A stretch of DNA of 64,000 bases, from contig NC_058373.1 of NCBI RefSeq assembly GCF_018350175.1, positions 105,588,001-105,652,000 of the forward strand. Reading direction: 5' to 3'. The DNA is from Felis catus. Taxonomy: Eukaryota. The notes beneath the pieces were generated by a model. The model was given only the letters and a program-made list of their open reading frames with translations. It searched no databases and was not told the DNA's origin. Shown here piece by piece: positions 35,405 to 48,770 of this stretch; positions within the stretch are counted from its first letter, which is position 1; each line of letters starts with the position of its first letter. Both the position numbers and the translations under genes were made by a program.

Positions 35405-36285
35405 TTTTTTAACTGAAGTGTAATTAACATACTGTTATATTAGTCTTAGGTGTATATTATATTGATTCAACAAATCTATACATTTGTCAGTACTCATCAA
35501 TATAAGTGTACTCTTAATTCCCTCTTTCTATTTCAGCCCCCACTCTCACCTCCCCTCTGGCAACCACTAGTTTGATTTCTGCATTTGAGAGTCTGGCTTG
35601 TTTGTCTGTCTCATTTTTTCTTTGTTTGCTCATTTGTTTTGGCTCTTAAATTTGACATATGAGTGAAATCAGAGAGTAGTTGTCTTTCTCTGAGTTATTT
35701 TACTGAACATTATATCCTCTGGGTCCATCTATGTTGTTGCAAATGGCAAGCTTTCATTCTTTTTTATTGTATATATAGACCACATCTTTACCCATTCATC
35801 TATGGATGGACACTTGGGTTGCTTCTTTATCTTGGCTATTGTAAATAATGCTGCAATAAACATAGAGGTGCTTGTATCTTTTTGAAATAACATCTTTGTT
35901 TTCTTTGGGTAAATACCCAGTAGTGGAATTACTGGGTCCTATTGTAACTCTCTTTTTAATGTTTGAGGAACCTCCATACTGTTTTCCTCAATGGCTGCAC
36001 CAGTTTTCATTCCCACCAACAGCGCAGGAGAGTTCCTTTTTCTCCACATCCTCACCTGCACTTGTTGTTTCTTGTGTTTTTTATTTTAGACATGGCGACA
36101 AATGTGATGTGATATCTCATTGTGGTTTTGATTTGTGTTTCTCTGATGATTAGTGGTGTTGAGCATCTTTTCACGTGTCTGTTGGCCAACTGTATGTCTT
36201 TGGAAAAATGTCAATTCAAGTCCTCTAACCAATTTTAATAAGATTATTTTTTGGTGTTGAGTTCTATAAGTTCTTTATATATTTC
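35405..36285 (-). mobile_element. L1 3' end, carnivore-type (L1_Carn-like)
   Basis: Antisense 3' UTR then ORF2 end (tttgaggaacctccatactgttttcc...tgttgagcatcttttcacgtgtctgttggcca). Confidence 0.92.
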
Positions 36286-36529
36286 TATTTTCTTGACATA
36301 AAATATCTCTGATGCCCTTGAGCTCTGGATAAAAATATGTCTGAGGTACAGAATTATGAAGAAGTTTAGCAATATCTATTCCAAATATTAGAATCCATCA
36401 GGCTGAAGCAATGCCTGACCAGCCCCTTTGTTCTGCCCTATGAATGGCTCGCAAACAATAGTAACCTTAGGTTGATGCAAATATGTTTTTAAAGTAAAAT
36501 TTGTTTTTGAATACTAAGCATCCACTAAA

Positions 36530-36880
36530 AACAATATGGGAGAATTTTTAGTGATATGGGAAAATGTCTATGATATACTGTTAAGTGAGAAAAGTTGGTT
36601 ACAAGATGCTAAGTACAGCTCTATCCCATTTTAGGATGGTGGAGGAGAAAAGAATATATGGGAATAAAAAAATACATACATATGCATGCAATATATGCAC
36701 ATACATGCACATACACTGATTGAAGGCATATTCTTGAAAATGTCGTCTATTATTAGTAGTAGATATCTCTAGGTCTTGGGATCATAATGATTTTATTTTA
36801 TGTTTTATTTTCCTCTTCTCTTTATTGTATTTTCTCCAATGAACACGTACTCTTTTTGCAGTAAAAAAATGGTCACTTTA
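36530..36880 (+). mobile_element. Old L1 3' UTR fragment (L1ME-like)
   Basis: gatatgggaaaatgtctatgatatactgttaagtgagaaaag...ccaatgaacacgtactctttttg. Confidence 0.6.
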
Positions 36881-36932
36881 AAAATGACCCTAAAAGGTGA
36901 GTTAATCAGAATCTTCCTGTCTTTTCTCTTAT

Positions 36933-37156
36933 TTTTTTAAAAAATTTTTAAAATGTTGATTTATTTTTGAAGGAAGGAGAGACAGAGCATGAGTGGGGGA
37001 AGGGCAGAGAGAGAGAGAGAGACACAGAATGTGAAGCAGGCTTCAGACTCTGAGCTGTCAACAGAGAGCCCAACACGGGGCTTGAACTCACAAACCGCGA
37101 GATCATGACCCGAGCTGAAGTCGGTTGCTTAACCGACTGAGCCACCCAGGTGCCCC
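36933..37156 (-). mobile_element. Can-SINE
   Basis: TSD tgtcttttctcttat. Confidence 0.96.
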
Positions 37157-38106
37157 GTGTCTTTTCTCTTATGAAAGCCCACCTGTAGCTGGGGAGCAGT
37201 ACCAGAAGCTCCTGTAAGGCTTGTGTGCTAGTGTGATGCTTGCTTAGAGTTTGTCTTGTTTTCAGAAAATGGTGAAGTCAGCTGCTTCTGCTCACGGGCT
37301 CGGGGCTCAGGAAGACTGAGTCACAGGTATCACTTTGTCATCTTGAGGTCTTTCTCGAAAGTGTCCTCTTTGGACAGGGCACCCCATCCATTTGTGCTGA
37401 TCTCTGAACCATAGCAGTGGAGTCACAGCCCCTCCCGACTGCTCACCAGAGCTCTGAGCCCAGGGAACTCTCCCCTGTGAGTCTGCAGCCAGGTGGAGTG
37501 GAGCTGCTAAGGCAGCTGGAAAGGAGTTTCCTTTCTTTTATTCCCGGGTCTGGGTGGTAGAGACTGGAAAGTTCCCTCAGAGGCAAGCCGTGCCGTTGGA
37601 CTCAGAGGCGCGCTTGGACCGAGCAAGAGGTTGCCTTTCCAAAGTGGCACTTTGGGCTCCCTGGGTTGAAATCCAATTACTTTCTACTGGTGACCTATAT
37701 CTCACTCACGTGGAACAGTGCGAAACTGCAGCCTGCGGCAGGGACAGAACATCTGTGCTGCCTTTGTGAAGGGGCGTCAACCTGGAGTCAGTTGTGGACT
37801 CAGAAGTCTGCTAATGAGACAGAGCGATTAGTAGGACTGTGTTAGAGAAAATAAACGGACCCATGGGCTCTGGTTTGCAAATGTTTTCCCATGATTGCCA
37901 ATTACTGCGGTGTGTCTAATAGCTCATATTGAGAAAACGGAATCTCAGGAAAGGAATTTGATGTGTAGACGCGAGCGGAATCTTGCTGTGGAACTAGTTT
38001 AAAGATTAAGAAAAAAAATCTATTCGAATAGAAAATTTTGTTTCAGGGGTAGACATTTCGGAGGGTGGTGTATGAAACCGTTTTTCTTCTATGATTAGAA
38101 AGTGCA

Positions 38107-38337
38107 GGGGCGCCTGGGTGGCGCAGTCGGTTAAGCGTCCGACTTCAGCCAGGTCACGATCTCGCGGTCTGTGGGTTCGAGCCCCGCATCAGGCTCTGGG
38201 CTGATGGCTCAGAGCCTGGAGCCTGTTTCCGGTTCTGTGTCTCCCTCTCTCTCTGCCCCTCCCCCGTTCATGCTCTGTCTCTCTCTGTCCCAAAAATAAA
38301 TAAACGTTGAAAAAAAAAATTAAAAAAAAAAAAAAAA
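38107..38337 (+). mobile_element. Young SINEC_Fc-type SINE
   Basis: Near-consensus, long A tail, TSD agaaagtgca. Confidence 0.97.
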
Positions 38338-39345
38338 AGAAAGTGCATTATCCTAGGAACATGGGCCTGCCTTATGTGTTACACACAGTAACAAATTAAG
38401 TGAAAAGCAGCTCTTGCCCAAGAGAGCTACAACTGATGCTTTGGTGAAATGCTACTTTCTTACTGCTTTGGGAGCACCTTAAAATGATGAAACGTGAAAA
38501 TGTCTATCACTGGGTTGGGGACACTGTCAGGACCCCACTGAACACTGTTGCCCTGGGCAGAGACAGAATAAAATGGAGCTTTAAGCATGTGTCAGTAAGC
38601 CCGTGTTGCTGGGAGTCCTGGAGGTGAAGTGAAGTGAGGGATTAATTTAGGAAAGAGCTGGCTGGAGGAATGGAAAGGAGGGGTGGGGGTGAGAGATGAC
38701 AGGAGGGTGAATCGAGGTTTACTCAACATGTTCCAGCAGCGAACTCTTGTTGTGGGACTGGATTACTGAGAGGTTTAGGGCTGGGTGGGAGGGTATTAAG
38801 CACAGAAGAGAGAAGCCTGGAGGAGCTGGTTTGGTTGGAAGGTAAGGAGAGGATAGTTTCACATCTGAAAGCTAACTTGTGATCGTAGTGAGAGAATCGG
38901 CCAGAGGTCTCTAGAACGCAAATTGAGAAAGTGTGCTTGGAACCCACCGAGATACTGGCTATAAGGAAAATACTCGGGCATCATCCACATGACAGCTGAA
39001 CAATCGAAGGACGTGAAAATGTCATGCAAAGAGTTTAGAAAATGAAAAGAAGATAAAAGAGAAAACTTTTGGAGTAGGACATGGGAGGAGAGTTGGCAAA
39101 GAATCTCTACGTCTTGGGTGCTAATATAATTATTTCACTAGTCAGCTAAGTTTAAAACTTTCAATCACTCTTGATTCTTCCTGATCTCCAAATTTCTATA
39201 TTTAATTGGTCATCAGGTCCCATTGATTGAAGTGATTAAATCACCTTGAGGGGACTCATATTATTTTTCCTTCTCTATTATCAGAGCTACTCCTGCAGCT
39301 CTCACTGAGACAGGCTATGAGGCAAATCAAGAAGAAACACAGGGT

Positions 39346-39551
39346 GGGGCACCTGGGTGGCTCAGTCAGTTGGGCGTCCGACCTCAACTCAGGTCATGAT
39401 CTCGCGGTTCATGAATTTGTGAGCCCCGTATAGGGCTCCCTGTGGTCAGCACAGACACCACTTTGGTACCTTCATCCCCTTCTCTCTCTGCCCCTCCCCC
39501 ACTCATGCTCTCTCTCTCAAAAATGAATAAACATTAAAAAAAAAAAAAGGG
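39346..39551 (+). mobile_element. Can-SINE
   Basis: Perfect TSD agaagaaacacagggt. Confidence 0.95.
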
Positions 39552-39639
39552 AGAAGAAACACAGGGTAGGGCTTATGTGTCCTAGGACATTGCACCAGCT
39601 GAGTTGTATTTCTGTATTCTTTTTTTCTTTTCATCTTCC

Positions 39640-39808
39640 ATATCATTTCTAGAACTGTCTTTCTAAAACATACCTGTTACGGTGTCACTGTCTTAATATC
39701 TTTCAGTAATTGTTTGTGGCCTACAAGGTAAAATTCAAATTATAAGCATCTTCTTTTAGATCCTACACAATTTGGTCCCAGTGGTATTATACCCTTCTCA
39801 ATGGTGTG

Positions 39809-39863
<55 letters not shown>

Positions 39864-40800
39864 TTTTTTTTTTAACCACTCTCTGGCTAGTATCTGTCAC
39901 CACACCAACCTATTTTCTATACCCACATAGACCACACTTTTATGCATTTGCTGGTACTGTGTGATCGGCTGTAATGCCAGCTCCCTAACAATTTACTGCT
40001 GCTGACACGTCCTCATCTTCAACACTCAGGACGGTGTCACCTCCTTTAGGCAGCTTTTTTTGACCTTCATTCCTGCCCTTTGCTAGAGATAATATTTTCC
40101 TCTTCTCTATTCCCATTTTATTCATTAAAGGTGGGTATAATGTACCGAATCTATAATAATCACCTGTCTAGGACTGAAAAACTCGAGGGAAGGAACTATG
40201 CCTTTGGTGTCCTCAGTGCTTGGCAACTTGCCTGATATGCAATCGGGGTTCAAGAAATGTTTTGTATATTAAATGAAAGCAGAGAATGACCTGTCAGAGA
40301 TAGAAGAGGAAAATCAGGTTAGTGTCAGTGTAGCTAAGGGAATAGGGTTTAAAAAGAGAAGGTGCTTGGCCATGGGATCAAATGGATTCCAATAAGGGAC
40401 GTTTCTTGAGTGATGGTGGCCTCCACTTTCTTGCCCCCCACTCACCTCCTAGCCTCCTGCAGCCAGGGATCTGTTTCCACATCTTTACCATAGCTGCTCT
40501 CTGGAAGCATATCACCACTGATATGCTAACTGCCAAATCCGACAGACTCACCTTCTTCTTTCCCCATGTTTTCAGCATGGGACACACATGGCAAGGTTAA
40601 GCAAAGTAGGGTGACAATAAATACTCTCGGAACTGGGGAGGCTATTTAATGGTTAGATGTTATAAAGGCCATCTTTCTGGACACTGATGATAGGTAGCAG
40701 GTAGCAGGGGTTTGGGTTGGAGAAGGACATAATTATCAGTGGTAAAGTCATGGAGGAAACGGAGAAAGGGTACCAGAAGTAAGCAGGTGAAGGCATAATG
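39640..40800. mobile_element. L2 fragments in both orientations, with (TA)n at ~39813-39861
   Basis: L2 phrases tgtcacctcctttaggcagc, cctcagtgcttggcaacttgcctga, ctccactttcttg...actgccaaatcc. Confidence 0.6.
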
Positions 40801-41235
40801 ATTGAGGAAGAATGGGTGGTAAAGGAGAGGAGGAGAGCCTGTCCAATGGTAGCAGAAGAGCAATCTGAAAAGTACGGAGTATGCTCAGCCAAGGAAGTGG
40901 CTCCACTGACGGGAGTCAGGTTTCAACTACCTGGAAGACTGGAAGGAAATACGGATTATGATCATGCTTTAACCGGCATCTCGTAGGGGAACATGAAAGG
41001 CTAGTGAAGGAAAGGGCAGGGAGGGAAAGGACTTGGAGCAGAGCTGGATGGGGGCAACCAGGGGGCAGGGTTTGCTCCCCAAGCAGGAAGGAGGGTTCAG
41101 TGGATTTAGATTTTTATGGGTCTGTTTAAAAAAATGGTGATTGTGTAACTTCCTTAGACTATCATTTCATGAAAGCTTAGACATTTGAGCATAATCTCAG
41201 AATACAGGACAGTTCTTGAAATTGTATGTGTTTTC

Positions 41236-41448
41236 GGGGCGCCTGGGCGGCTCAGTTGGTTAAGCGTCTGACTTAGGCTCAGGTCATGATCTCACGGTTT
41301 GTGGGTTCGAGCCCTGCGTTGGGCTCTGTGCTGATAGCTCAGAGCCTGAGGCTGCTTCAGATTCTGTGTCTCCCCCTCTCTCTCTGCCCCTCCCCTGCTC
41401 ATGCTCTGTCTCTCTTCCTCAAAAATAAATAAACGTTAAAAAAATTTT
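41236..41448 (+). mobile_element. Can-SINE
   Basis: TSD aattgtat(g/a)tgttttc. Confidence 0.96.
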
Positions 41449-41481
41449 AATTGTATATGTTTTCATGTACAATTATATTTT

Positions 41482-41704
41482 AAAAAAAAATTTTTTTTTC
41501 AACGTTTTTATTTATTTTTGGGACAGAGAGAGACAGAGCATGAACGGGGGAGGGGCAGAGAGAGAGGGAGACACAGAATCGGAAACAGGCTCCAGGCTCG
41601 GAGCCATCAGCCCAGAGCCTGACGCGGGGCTCGAACTCACGGACCGCGAGATCGTGACCTGGCTGAAGTCGGACGCTTAACCGACTGCGCCACCCAGGCG
41701 CCCC
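41482..41704 (-). mobile_element. Young SINEC_Fc-type SINE
   Basis: TSD tcatgta(c/t)aattatatttt. Confidence 0.97.
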
Positions 41705-41888
41705 ATCATGTATAATTATATTTTTGAAAATCAGACATATTTATCAGAAATCACTACCTTATTTTTTTTTCAGTTTGACATATAATAGGGAATATTTTGT
41801 CCATTCACTACCATTTACTAGCCGTATAACCTTGGGACAGTTATTTAGCCATTTTGTGACTTGGTTTCCTCTTCTACAAAATGGGAAT

Positions 41889-42098
41889 GGGGTGCCTGGG
41901 TGGTTCAGTCAGTTAAATATTCAACTTTGGCTCAAGTCACGATCTCGTGGTTCGTGAGTTCAAGCCCCACGTTGGGCTCTGTGCTGAGAGCTCGGAACCT
42001 GGAGCCTGCTTCAGATTCTGTGTCTCCCTCTCTGCCCCTCCCCCACAAGCACTGTCTCTTTCTCTCTCTCAAAAATAAGTAGACATTAAAAAAATAAT
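41889..42098 (+). mobile_element. Can-SINE inserted in a MIR (~41805-42230)
   Basis: TSD aaaatg(g/a)gaat within the MIR core. Confidence 0.94.
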
Positions 42099-42893
42099 AA
42101 AATGAGAATAATAATAGTACCTGTTGCATGCACAGTGTTATTGTAAAACTTAAGTGAGTTAATATTGTATAGAGTACTTAGAACAGTACTTGGCACATCG
42201 TGGGCAATCTGTAAATCTTAGCTATTATAAATAATTTCATGAACCATCACTTGGGGATAAATTGGCAAGATAATTAGGATAAAGGAAGCAGAGGTGGGGT
42301 AATAGATTGAAAACAGCTATTAGTGATAAGGAAAGGGAATTTCGAGAGGCAGAATTTTGCTGCTGGAAGACATTTTAGGATGAATCATCTCTAGGCTCTC
42401 AGTGGAATGTTGGGCAACTTTGGCTCACCTTGAGGGGCTCTTGGATCATTAATTAATTAAACCCAAGATCCATGCTTCCTTTTTTCTCTGCTGCAGTGGC
42501 TCTCTGTCTTCTATAGGTCTTTGCTGTTTCCTCCTTCAACATTATCTACTGTATCCTGTCTCAAAGTGGCTTCTGAGTGGACATCTCATCTTTTTCCCAA
42601 ATCGTAACTTCCATGAGAACATAGACTTCCACCTTGTACAAACTTTGCACCTAACACAGGGCCTTACACATTGGTCATTATTTATTGAAGGAATGAATAA
42701 AATACCAACTGAGATCAATACACCTCTCAGACCTTCTGGTGATTGCATTTCTTTACTAGGTATTCCAACACCTTGTAAAAGACTTCAAAATAAGTGGCTT
42801 ACTTAATTTTGTATCTAGAAAAAAAAAAGTTTAATATTACCCACTTTATCTGACATTAATGGAAAATGCTAGATTTCTTGATAAAGATTACTA

Positions 42894-42976
42894 TTTTTTT
42901 TTTTAGCAAAGTGATACAGAGTTTATTGAATGAAAGTACAAAGCTGTCAAGAGTGAGGGATCCCGACTGGGTTGCT
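42894..42976 (-). mobile_element. Short polyadenylated retrocopy of an ERV1-like LTR R region
   Basis: Minus strand gcaacccagtcgggatccctc...gctttgtactttcattcAATAAActctgtatcactttgct-A11; decayed TSD gattactattttt / gctaaatattttt. Confidence 0.6.
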
Positions 42977-44470
42977 GCTAAATATTTTTGTCTCTGACTT
43001 CTTAATGGGACCTTACTATCTTTTGAACGCTAAGACTTATTTTAGCTGTATTTCTAAATATTTTATGCATATATTACATATACATGTAATCTTTACTAAA
43101 TGTATATGTGTCCTTGGCAAAGAGAATTTGTCCCGATATAGTGATAACTCAGGATCACTATTATCAACATCAGTGATTTCCCTTAAAGGCTATAGAGGTA
43201 TGTGAAATTGCTCCTTTGCTACATTTGAGTTCTTCTGTCTGGTTTTCATAGGGAAGGGTGAAAACTAACGTTGCTGAGTTCAGAAGATGCCTTGTTAATT
43301 TGTGCTATAATACACATGCCTTCTCTAGCAATCTTTCATCCTTCCAGTGTGCTGTATCTAATTGCAAGAGAGGCTGAGAAATGTAGCCTTTGTTCTGATA
43401 TCCATGTGTTCCAATAAATACTGGGGGCCTTCTTGATCACTCAAAAGCCTTTATTCACTCAAAACTTTTTTAGTTAGGACCTACTACACGCCAGATACTC
43501 TTTTAGGTGCTTGCCACATAGCTATCTGTACGCTTGTTAGAAGTGAGTGAAAAAGGTCAGTAGAGCCCAAGAGGCTTCCCTGTGGCGACATTTGTAGAAA
43601 TAGTAGTTGTTGCAGTAGTAAAAACAGTAATATAAATGATAACAATAAAATTAACAACAAAAGCATTGAGTATTTTCACCGTGTGCTTTATGTTTGTACC
43701 TCCTTCAACAGATGAGGAAACTGAAGCACAGAGACGTGATACAACCTGCCTGAGGTACAGATGCTGTGGGTCACACATCTGTTGTGGCTGCTCAGAGGGG
43801 CTGACTTTCTAGGCTTGAGTCCCTCAGTTATATTCTGAATAAGTGCCACTACTGGGTAGGACTCTCAATTAGATGGTGTATTTCAGCGCAGTTTTTTTTT
43901 TTTTCCTGTTAACTCAGTTGATAGGCCCACATGCTGAGTGATTAGTTTTTATGTTCAAGTGACGCTGTAGGAGATTTTTTTATACTTGCCAGATAATTAC
44001 TTTGAAAATTCCCCCTAAGTTAGTTCCCAATTAGGACATATTCAGCTCATTTCTATCATGATTTCTTTTTAGATTGATCTTGGTGCCTTTGAAATAGCTG
44101 ATAAATGTTCTTTCATCTGGGGGAAGTTACTAATATTCACCCTAAACCTTCCTTTTTCTCTGTACTCCCTCCCAGCTATCCCTAGGCATTGCCTATGAAT
44201 TATCACTTAAGTGTGATTATCATTTCTATTATTACCTTTAACTTCAAAGATAATAAGTTCCTGAGAAGTGGAACCTGGGAGTTCTTGAAGTGCTAAGACA
44301 TTTCTCATACTTCTTTTTCTTGGCCGTTTCAATTTATAAGGCCATTCCAATACTCGGGGTTTTAGGGGATTAGTGGAGAGCAAAATAGGGGCCCAGTTGA
44401 AAATATTTGGGGAGTGAAAGAGACAAAGATTCATTGGAAATGTCATAATGATAGAATAGAGGTTGACTTT

Positions 44471-44688
44471 AAAAAATTTTTTTTTAACGTTTATTTATTT
44501 TTGAGACAGAGAGAGACAGAGCGCGAGTGGGGGAGGGGCAGAGAGAGAGGGAGACACAGAATCCGAAACAGGCTCCAAGCTCTGAGCTGTCAGCACAGAG
44601 CCCGACGTGGGGCTCGAACTCACAGACTGCGAGATCATGACCTGAACCAAAGTCGGACACTTAACCAACTGAGCCACCCAGGAGCCCC
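44471..44688 (-). mobile_element. Can-SINE
   Basis: TSD tagaggttg(a/c)cttt. Confidence 0.96.
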
Positions 44689-45446
44689 TAGAGGTTGCCT
44701 TTTAAATTGTTTTGCCTAAATGGATTTCTCATATGCCCTGATAGATGCACCACACCGATTAAAGGCCTTAAGGAAAAATTTGGCGTGTGCTGTGTTAACA
44801 AAGGCAAACTCCACTCACATATGCCAACAGCTGAAAGGTAGATTCTTGTGGCAACATCTCTGAATTATAAACGATGCCATATTAACACTTGTAATTTGCA
44901 ATGTCATCCACTAAAATAAGAACCAGTTATTACAAATCATATTTGCTAATATCTTGAGAAACTGGAATCTAATGTTGCTAAATCAAATTCCTATGGATTC
45001 CTCAGGGCACTGAGCACATTATAAGATTTCACTATGCTCTGAGCATGTCCTCATTAAGACCGCTGGCTACTGCATTTTTATTGCACCCCTGGGAGGTTTA
45101 TTGAGTTAATGCTGCTAGTAAAAAATAGTGTTTTCCTAGCCTTCCTGGTATACTGGCCTCCCAAATAGGTCTATAGCCAGTGTATGTGCTAAGTTAAGTT
45201 ATGGCTGTATGTCTTTGTCACCTTCATGAAACATGAAGGCAATTAGAAGTCAATGTGAAATGTGGTGTAGCTACAAAAAAAAGTGTAAATATCTAAATAA
45301 TCTTACCACATGAGGAATGCTGTAATAGATCCAGGATAAACATGTTGAAGGATAAGAAAGTCAACAGCATTAATGTTTTAGATTGATGCTCCCTATAGTT
45401 TGTGTCTTCATCATTACCATCACTATTATTCACCATAATGGTTTTA

Positions 45447-45478
45447 TAATTTTAAAAATTTTTTAATATGTATTTATT

Positions 45479-45531
<53 letters not shown>

Positions 45532-45691
45532 ACGAGCAGGGGAGGGGCAGAGAGACACACACAGAATCCAGCAGGTTTCAGGCTCTGAGCTGTCAGCACA
45601 GAGCCCAATGTGGGGCTCGAACTCATGAACCACGAGATCATGACCTGAGCCAAAGTCAGAAGTTCAACTGACTGAGCCACCCAGGCGCCCC
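45447..45691 (-). mobile_element. Can-SINE with expanded (CT)n
   Basis: Reverse SINE; TSD core accataat. Confidence 0.95.
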
Positions 45692-46316
45692 ATACCATAA
45701 TTTTTTTTATTGGTGAATGGCTTTGGAGCACCCACTGAGCACAATGCTCTACTTAAATTATTTGATTTTATCCTTACCAGATTTTATACGCTAGGTACTG
45801 GTACCATGTTACAGATAAGAGATCTAGAATTCTCAGTTGTTTACGAACTATGTAGTTGCATGGTAAGAAGAGGCTAAGCTAGACCCAGATCAGCTAGACT
45901 ATGAGCCTTTACTATTAACCATTGTGCTATACTGCCTACTTTATGGCAAAATTATAAATCTGAGGGGAAACTACCTCAACTTAGATAGTTATAAAACCCT
46001 CACTCATCCATTCCTATCTAGCAGTTTGAAAGAGTTAAAAATTAAGGAAAAAAAGTTAAAAAGTCTTAGAAGACAACTTTTTTTGGTAACAATTGTATTT
46101 ATCCGGCATAGGGCATATTTTTTTAAAGTCTCATAATAAAGTCATAAGGTAGGTATCATTTCCCACCAAGAAAGAAACAAAGAATTAGAGATTATTTAAA
46201 TTGTTCAAGGTCATCCAACTAACCAGCAATGGAGCCCAGCAGTGCTTAGCTGTGAGCCTGCACCTACTTAATTCTGAATCCTGGGCTCTTTCAGCTACCT
46301 CCATACATCTTCCATT

Positions 46317-46318
<2 letters not shown>

Positions 46319-46363
<45 letters not shown>
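46319..46363 (+). repeat. (TG)n microsatellite
   Basis: Pure TG run. Confidence 0.97.
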
Positions 46364-46369
<6 letters not shown>

Positions 46370-47224
46370 GTATCTCCAAGAATATGGGTTATGTATGAGT
46401 TTTATAAGAATATCTAATGAGTCTTATAAAATTTTTGGTATAAAAATTATTTGCTTTGGAATAAGCCTCAAAGGTTACTTTCTTGGACCAGCAACTCATC
46501 TGATGCTTGAGTGTGTCCGACAGTCACCCCATCAAGTGAATCTCCAGGTTATTTTTGAATACTCCAAATGTTGGAAAATTCATTGCCTCCCAGAATAGTC
46601 CTCTCATATTCTGACATCTCTTACTGAAGAACTTTTATCTTGCCTCCCGTATCTCCCCCCTGTTGGTCCTGGTTCCAAACCTTTGAAATGTACAGAGCAA
46701 GTCTAATGAATCTTTCACCGGAAAATCAGGTAAATATTTAAAGATGTCTATCATGGTCCACCTTAAATCTCTTCTAGTCTTCAGGGTATACTTCTCCCAT
46801 GGTCTTCAAGCATTTTTTTCTGTGATATAGATTCAGGTCTTCCTTGATTTAATTTAATCTATTATTTAGGTTAATTAATCTATTTAGTCTCCCTTGAAGG
46901 ATCTCTATTTTGGCTGTATCCCTCTTAAAGCACAGTGCCTAGGATTAATCACTATTCTCTAAGTGTTGTCTTAACCAGAATAGACTAGTAGACCATGTCT
47001 AATCTTTGTTTGTTTGTTTGTTTTCTGATACCACGTTAGCATCTTTGGTGGCCCCTTTCTTGACTTTTCTTACATGAAGCTGCTAAGTTATATTTCCTCT
47101 AGCCTGTAGATGTGCAGTGACTTTTTGGACCTAAGCACTGAACTTCTCCACTTCTCCCTATTCAACTATGTTATATTTGCCTTTTACCCTAATTCTGTCA
47201 TTCAACATACTATTTATCAACACT

Positions 47225-47700
47225 GTTATGTCAGTCGGTATCCAATGCAGGAGGAGATAGAAACTTCCCCAGGCACTTTCAACAGGAAGAAGTTTAACAC
47301 ACACAGTTAGGTGCTTGGAAAATTACTGGAAGGAGGGAAAGAATGGATCCTAAGCTGAGTCTTTAGAGATAGCTCCAAGAATATTACACAGTTGTCTCTA
47401 AGGCCACCTCTGAAATTATGAATTCAAGAACACGGAGCCCTAGCTGTGATCCAGGGATAAAGATGCTACCACCACTGATGTGCAACTCCTTACATCTAGA
47501 AGGATGTAAAAGAGACACTGGAACACAGCTGCAGGAACACTCCTGCTCCACGACCTCACAGGGTACTGAAACAATGGAAAGGGGTAGGAAAATGGGATGT
47601 GCTTCACTTCCATCTTCCAAATTCGACATGAGCATCCCTGATTGGTGGAATGCAGTTTGCACCCAGAATCCTACTTATAAGAGGTGTTTTGTTTCTTTGT
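47225..47700 (-). mobile_element. ERVL-type LTR (LTR33/LTR41-like)
   Basis: tgtcagtcggtatccaatgcaggaggagatagaaac...ttcaacaggaagaagtttaa start typical of antisense ERVL LTRs. Confidence 0.55.
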
Positions 47701-47852
47701 TTTGACTGTTCTTCATCGTTAACAGAAGGAAAGTGAAATGGAGGTTGAGAAGCTTAACCTTCAGTCTCTATCACAATTCCCAAATGTATGTGATCTGCAA
47801 ATTTAGTATCACTTGGCTTCAGGTGAGTGAGCATTTTGTGCACGTAAGATGG

Positions 47853-47888
<36 letters not shown>

Positions 47889-47889
47889 A

Positions 47890-47948
<59 letters not shown>
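47853..47948 (+). repeat. Compound (TG)n(GA)n microsatellite
   Basis: Adjacent TG and GA runs. Confidence 0.97.
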
Positions 47949-47952
<4 letters not shown>

Positions 47953-48770
47953 GAGGAGGAGGGAAGGGAGAGAATAAACAGAGACACTAAGTCATTAATA
48001 AAAATCTTGGTAGGAACGTTTTGGCATGCCACAAGGATTTTTCTATAGATTAATATCCATGGATGCCCATGGGCATGAAAATGTTGAATTTGTTAAGCTC
48101 TGTCTTGTTATGTTGAAGAACATCCTACTTGCCTTGCATACTTAAAGGGCTTGCAAGAGGAGCTGCATAAACTTGAGAACCTTGGTCAGATTATTTGGCT
48201 CCTCCTCCAGATTTGCAAGCCTCTCAGGGGAAGGGTCGAAGCCTTTCTCTGCATGTTGAACGTCCTTTTATGTCCTCTCACTACACCTGTGTGCCACAGG
48301 GTCAGTGGTATTGCATAGCTCTAGTCACGTTATAGTCTATGTTCTGTTCCAGGGGGCACCATTCGCCCAGAATACTATGTAGATTGCATTCTTTGAAGTT
48401 GTACCACCTGATCCTGAGTAAACCATTTGCTTATGGCAGTTTCTGATTCAGCTTGGTCAATTTCATGTTATTCAAAGAACCTAGAGCTGCATACATCAGT
48501 TAGATTGGTTCATCCTATTTCCCTCACTTCTCAGTTTAGTGGCCTTGTTAAAAAAGAGATATGACATTAATCTGATGAGTCTCTTGTTAGATTCCCATCA
48601 CTTCTGCTTCCTCTTTTAGGTACCCCAAACTGACCCTGTAACAGTATGTTTTTGCCCCCACAATACTGGCAAGATCTCCAAGATTGGTTGTAGAACTCCA
48701 CTTTCCCTTTTTGAAAACTGGGTCTACATTGTTTGGTTACTAGTTTTTTGCCCATTTTCTCCTTGCCACT

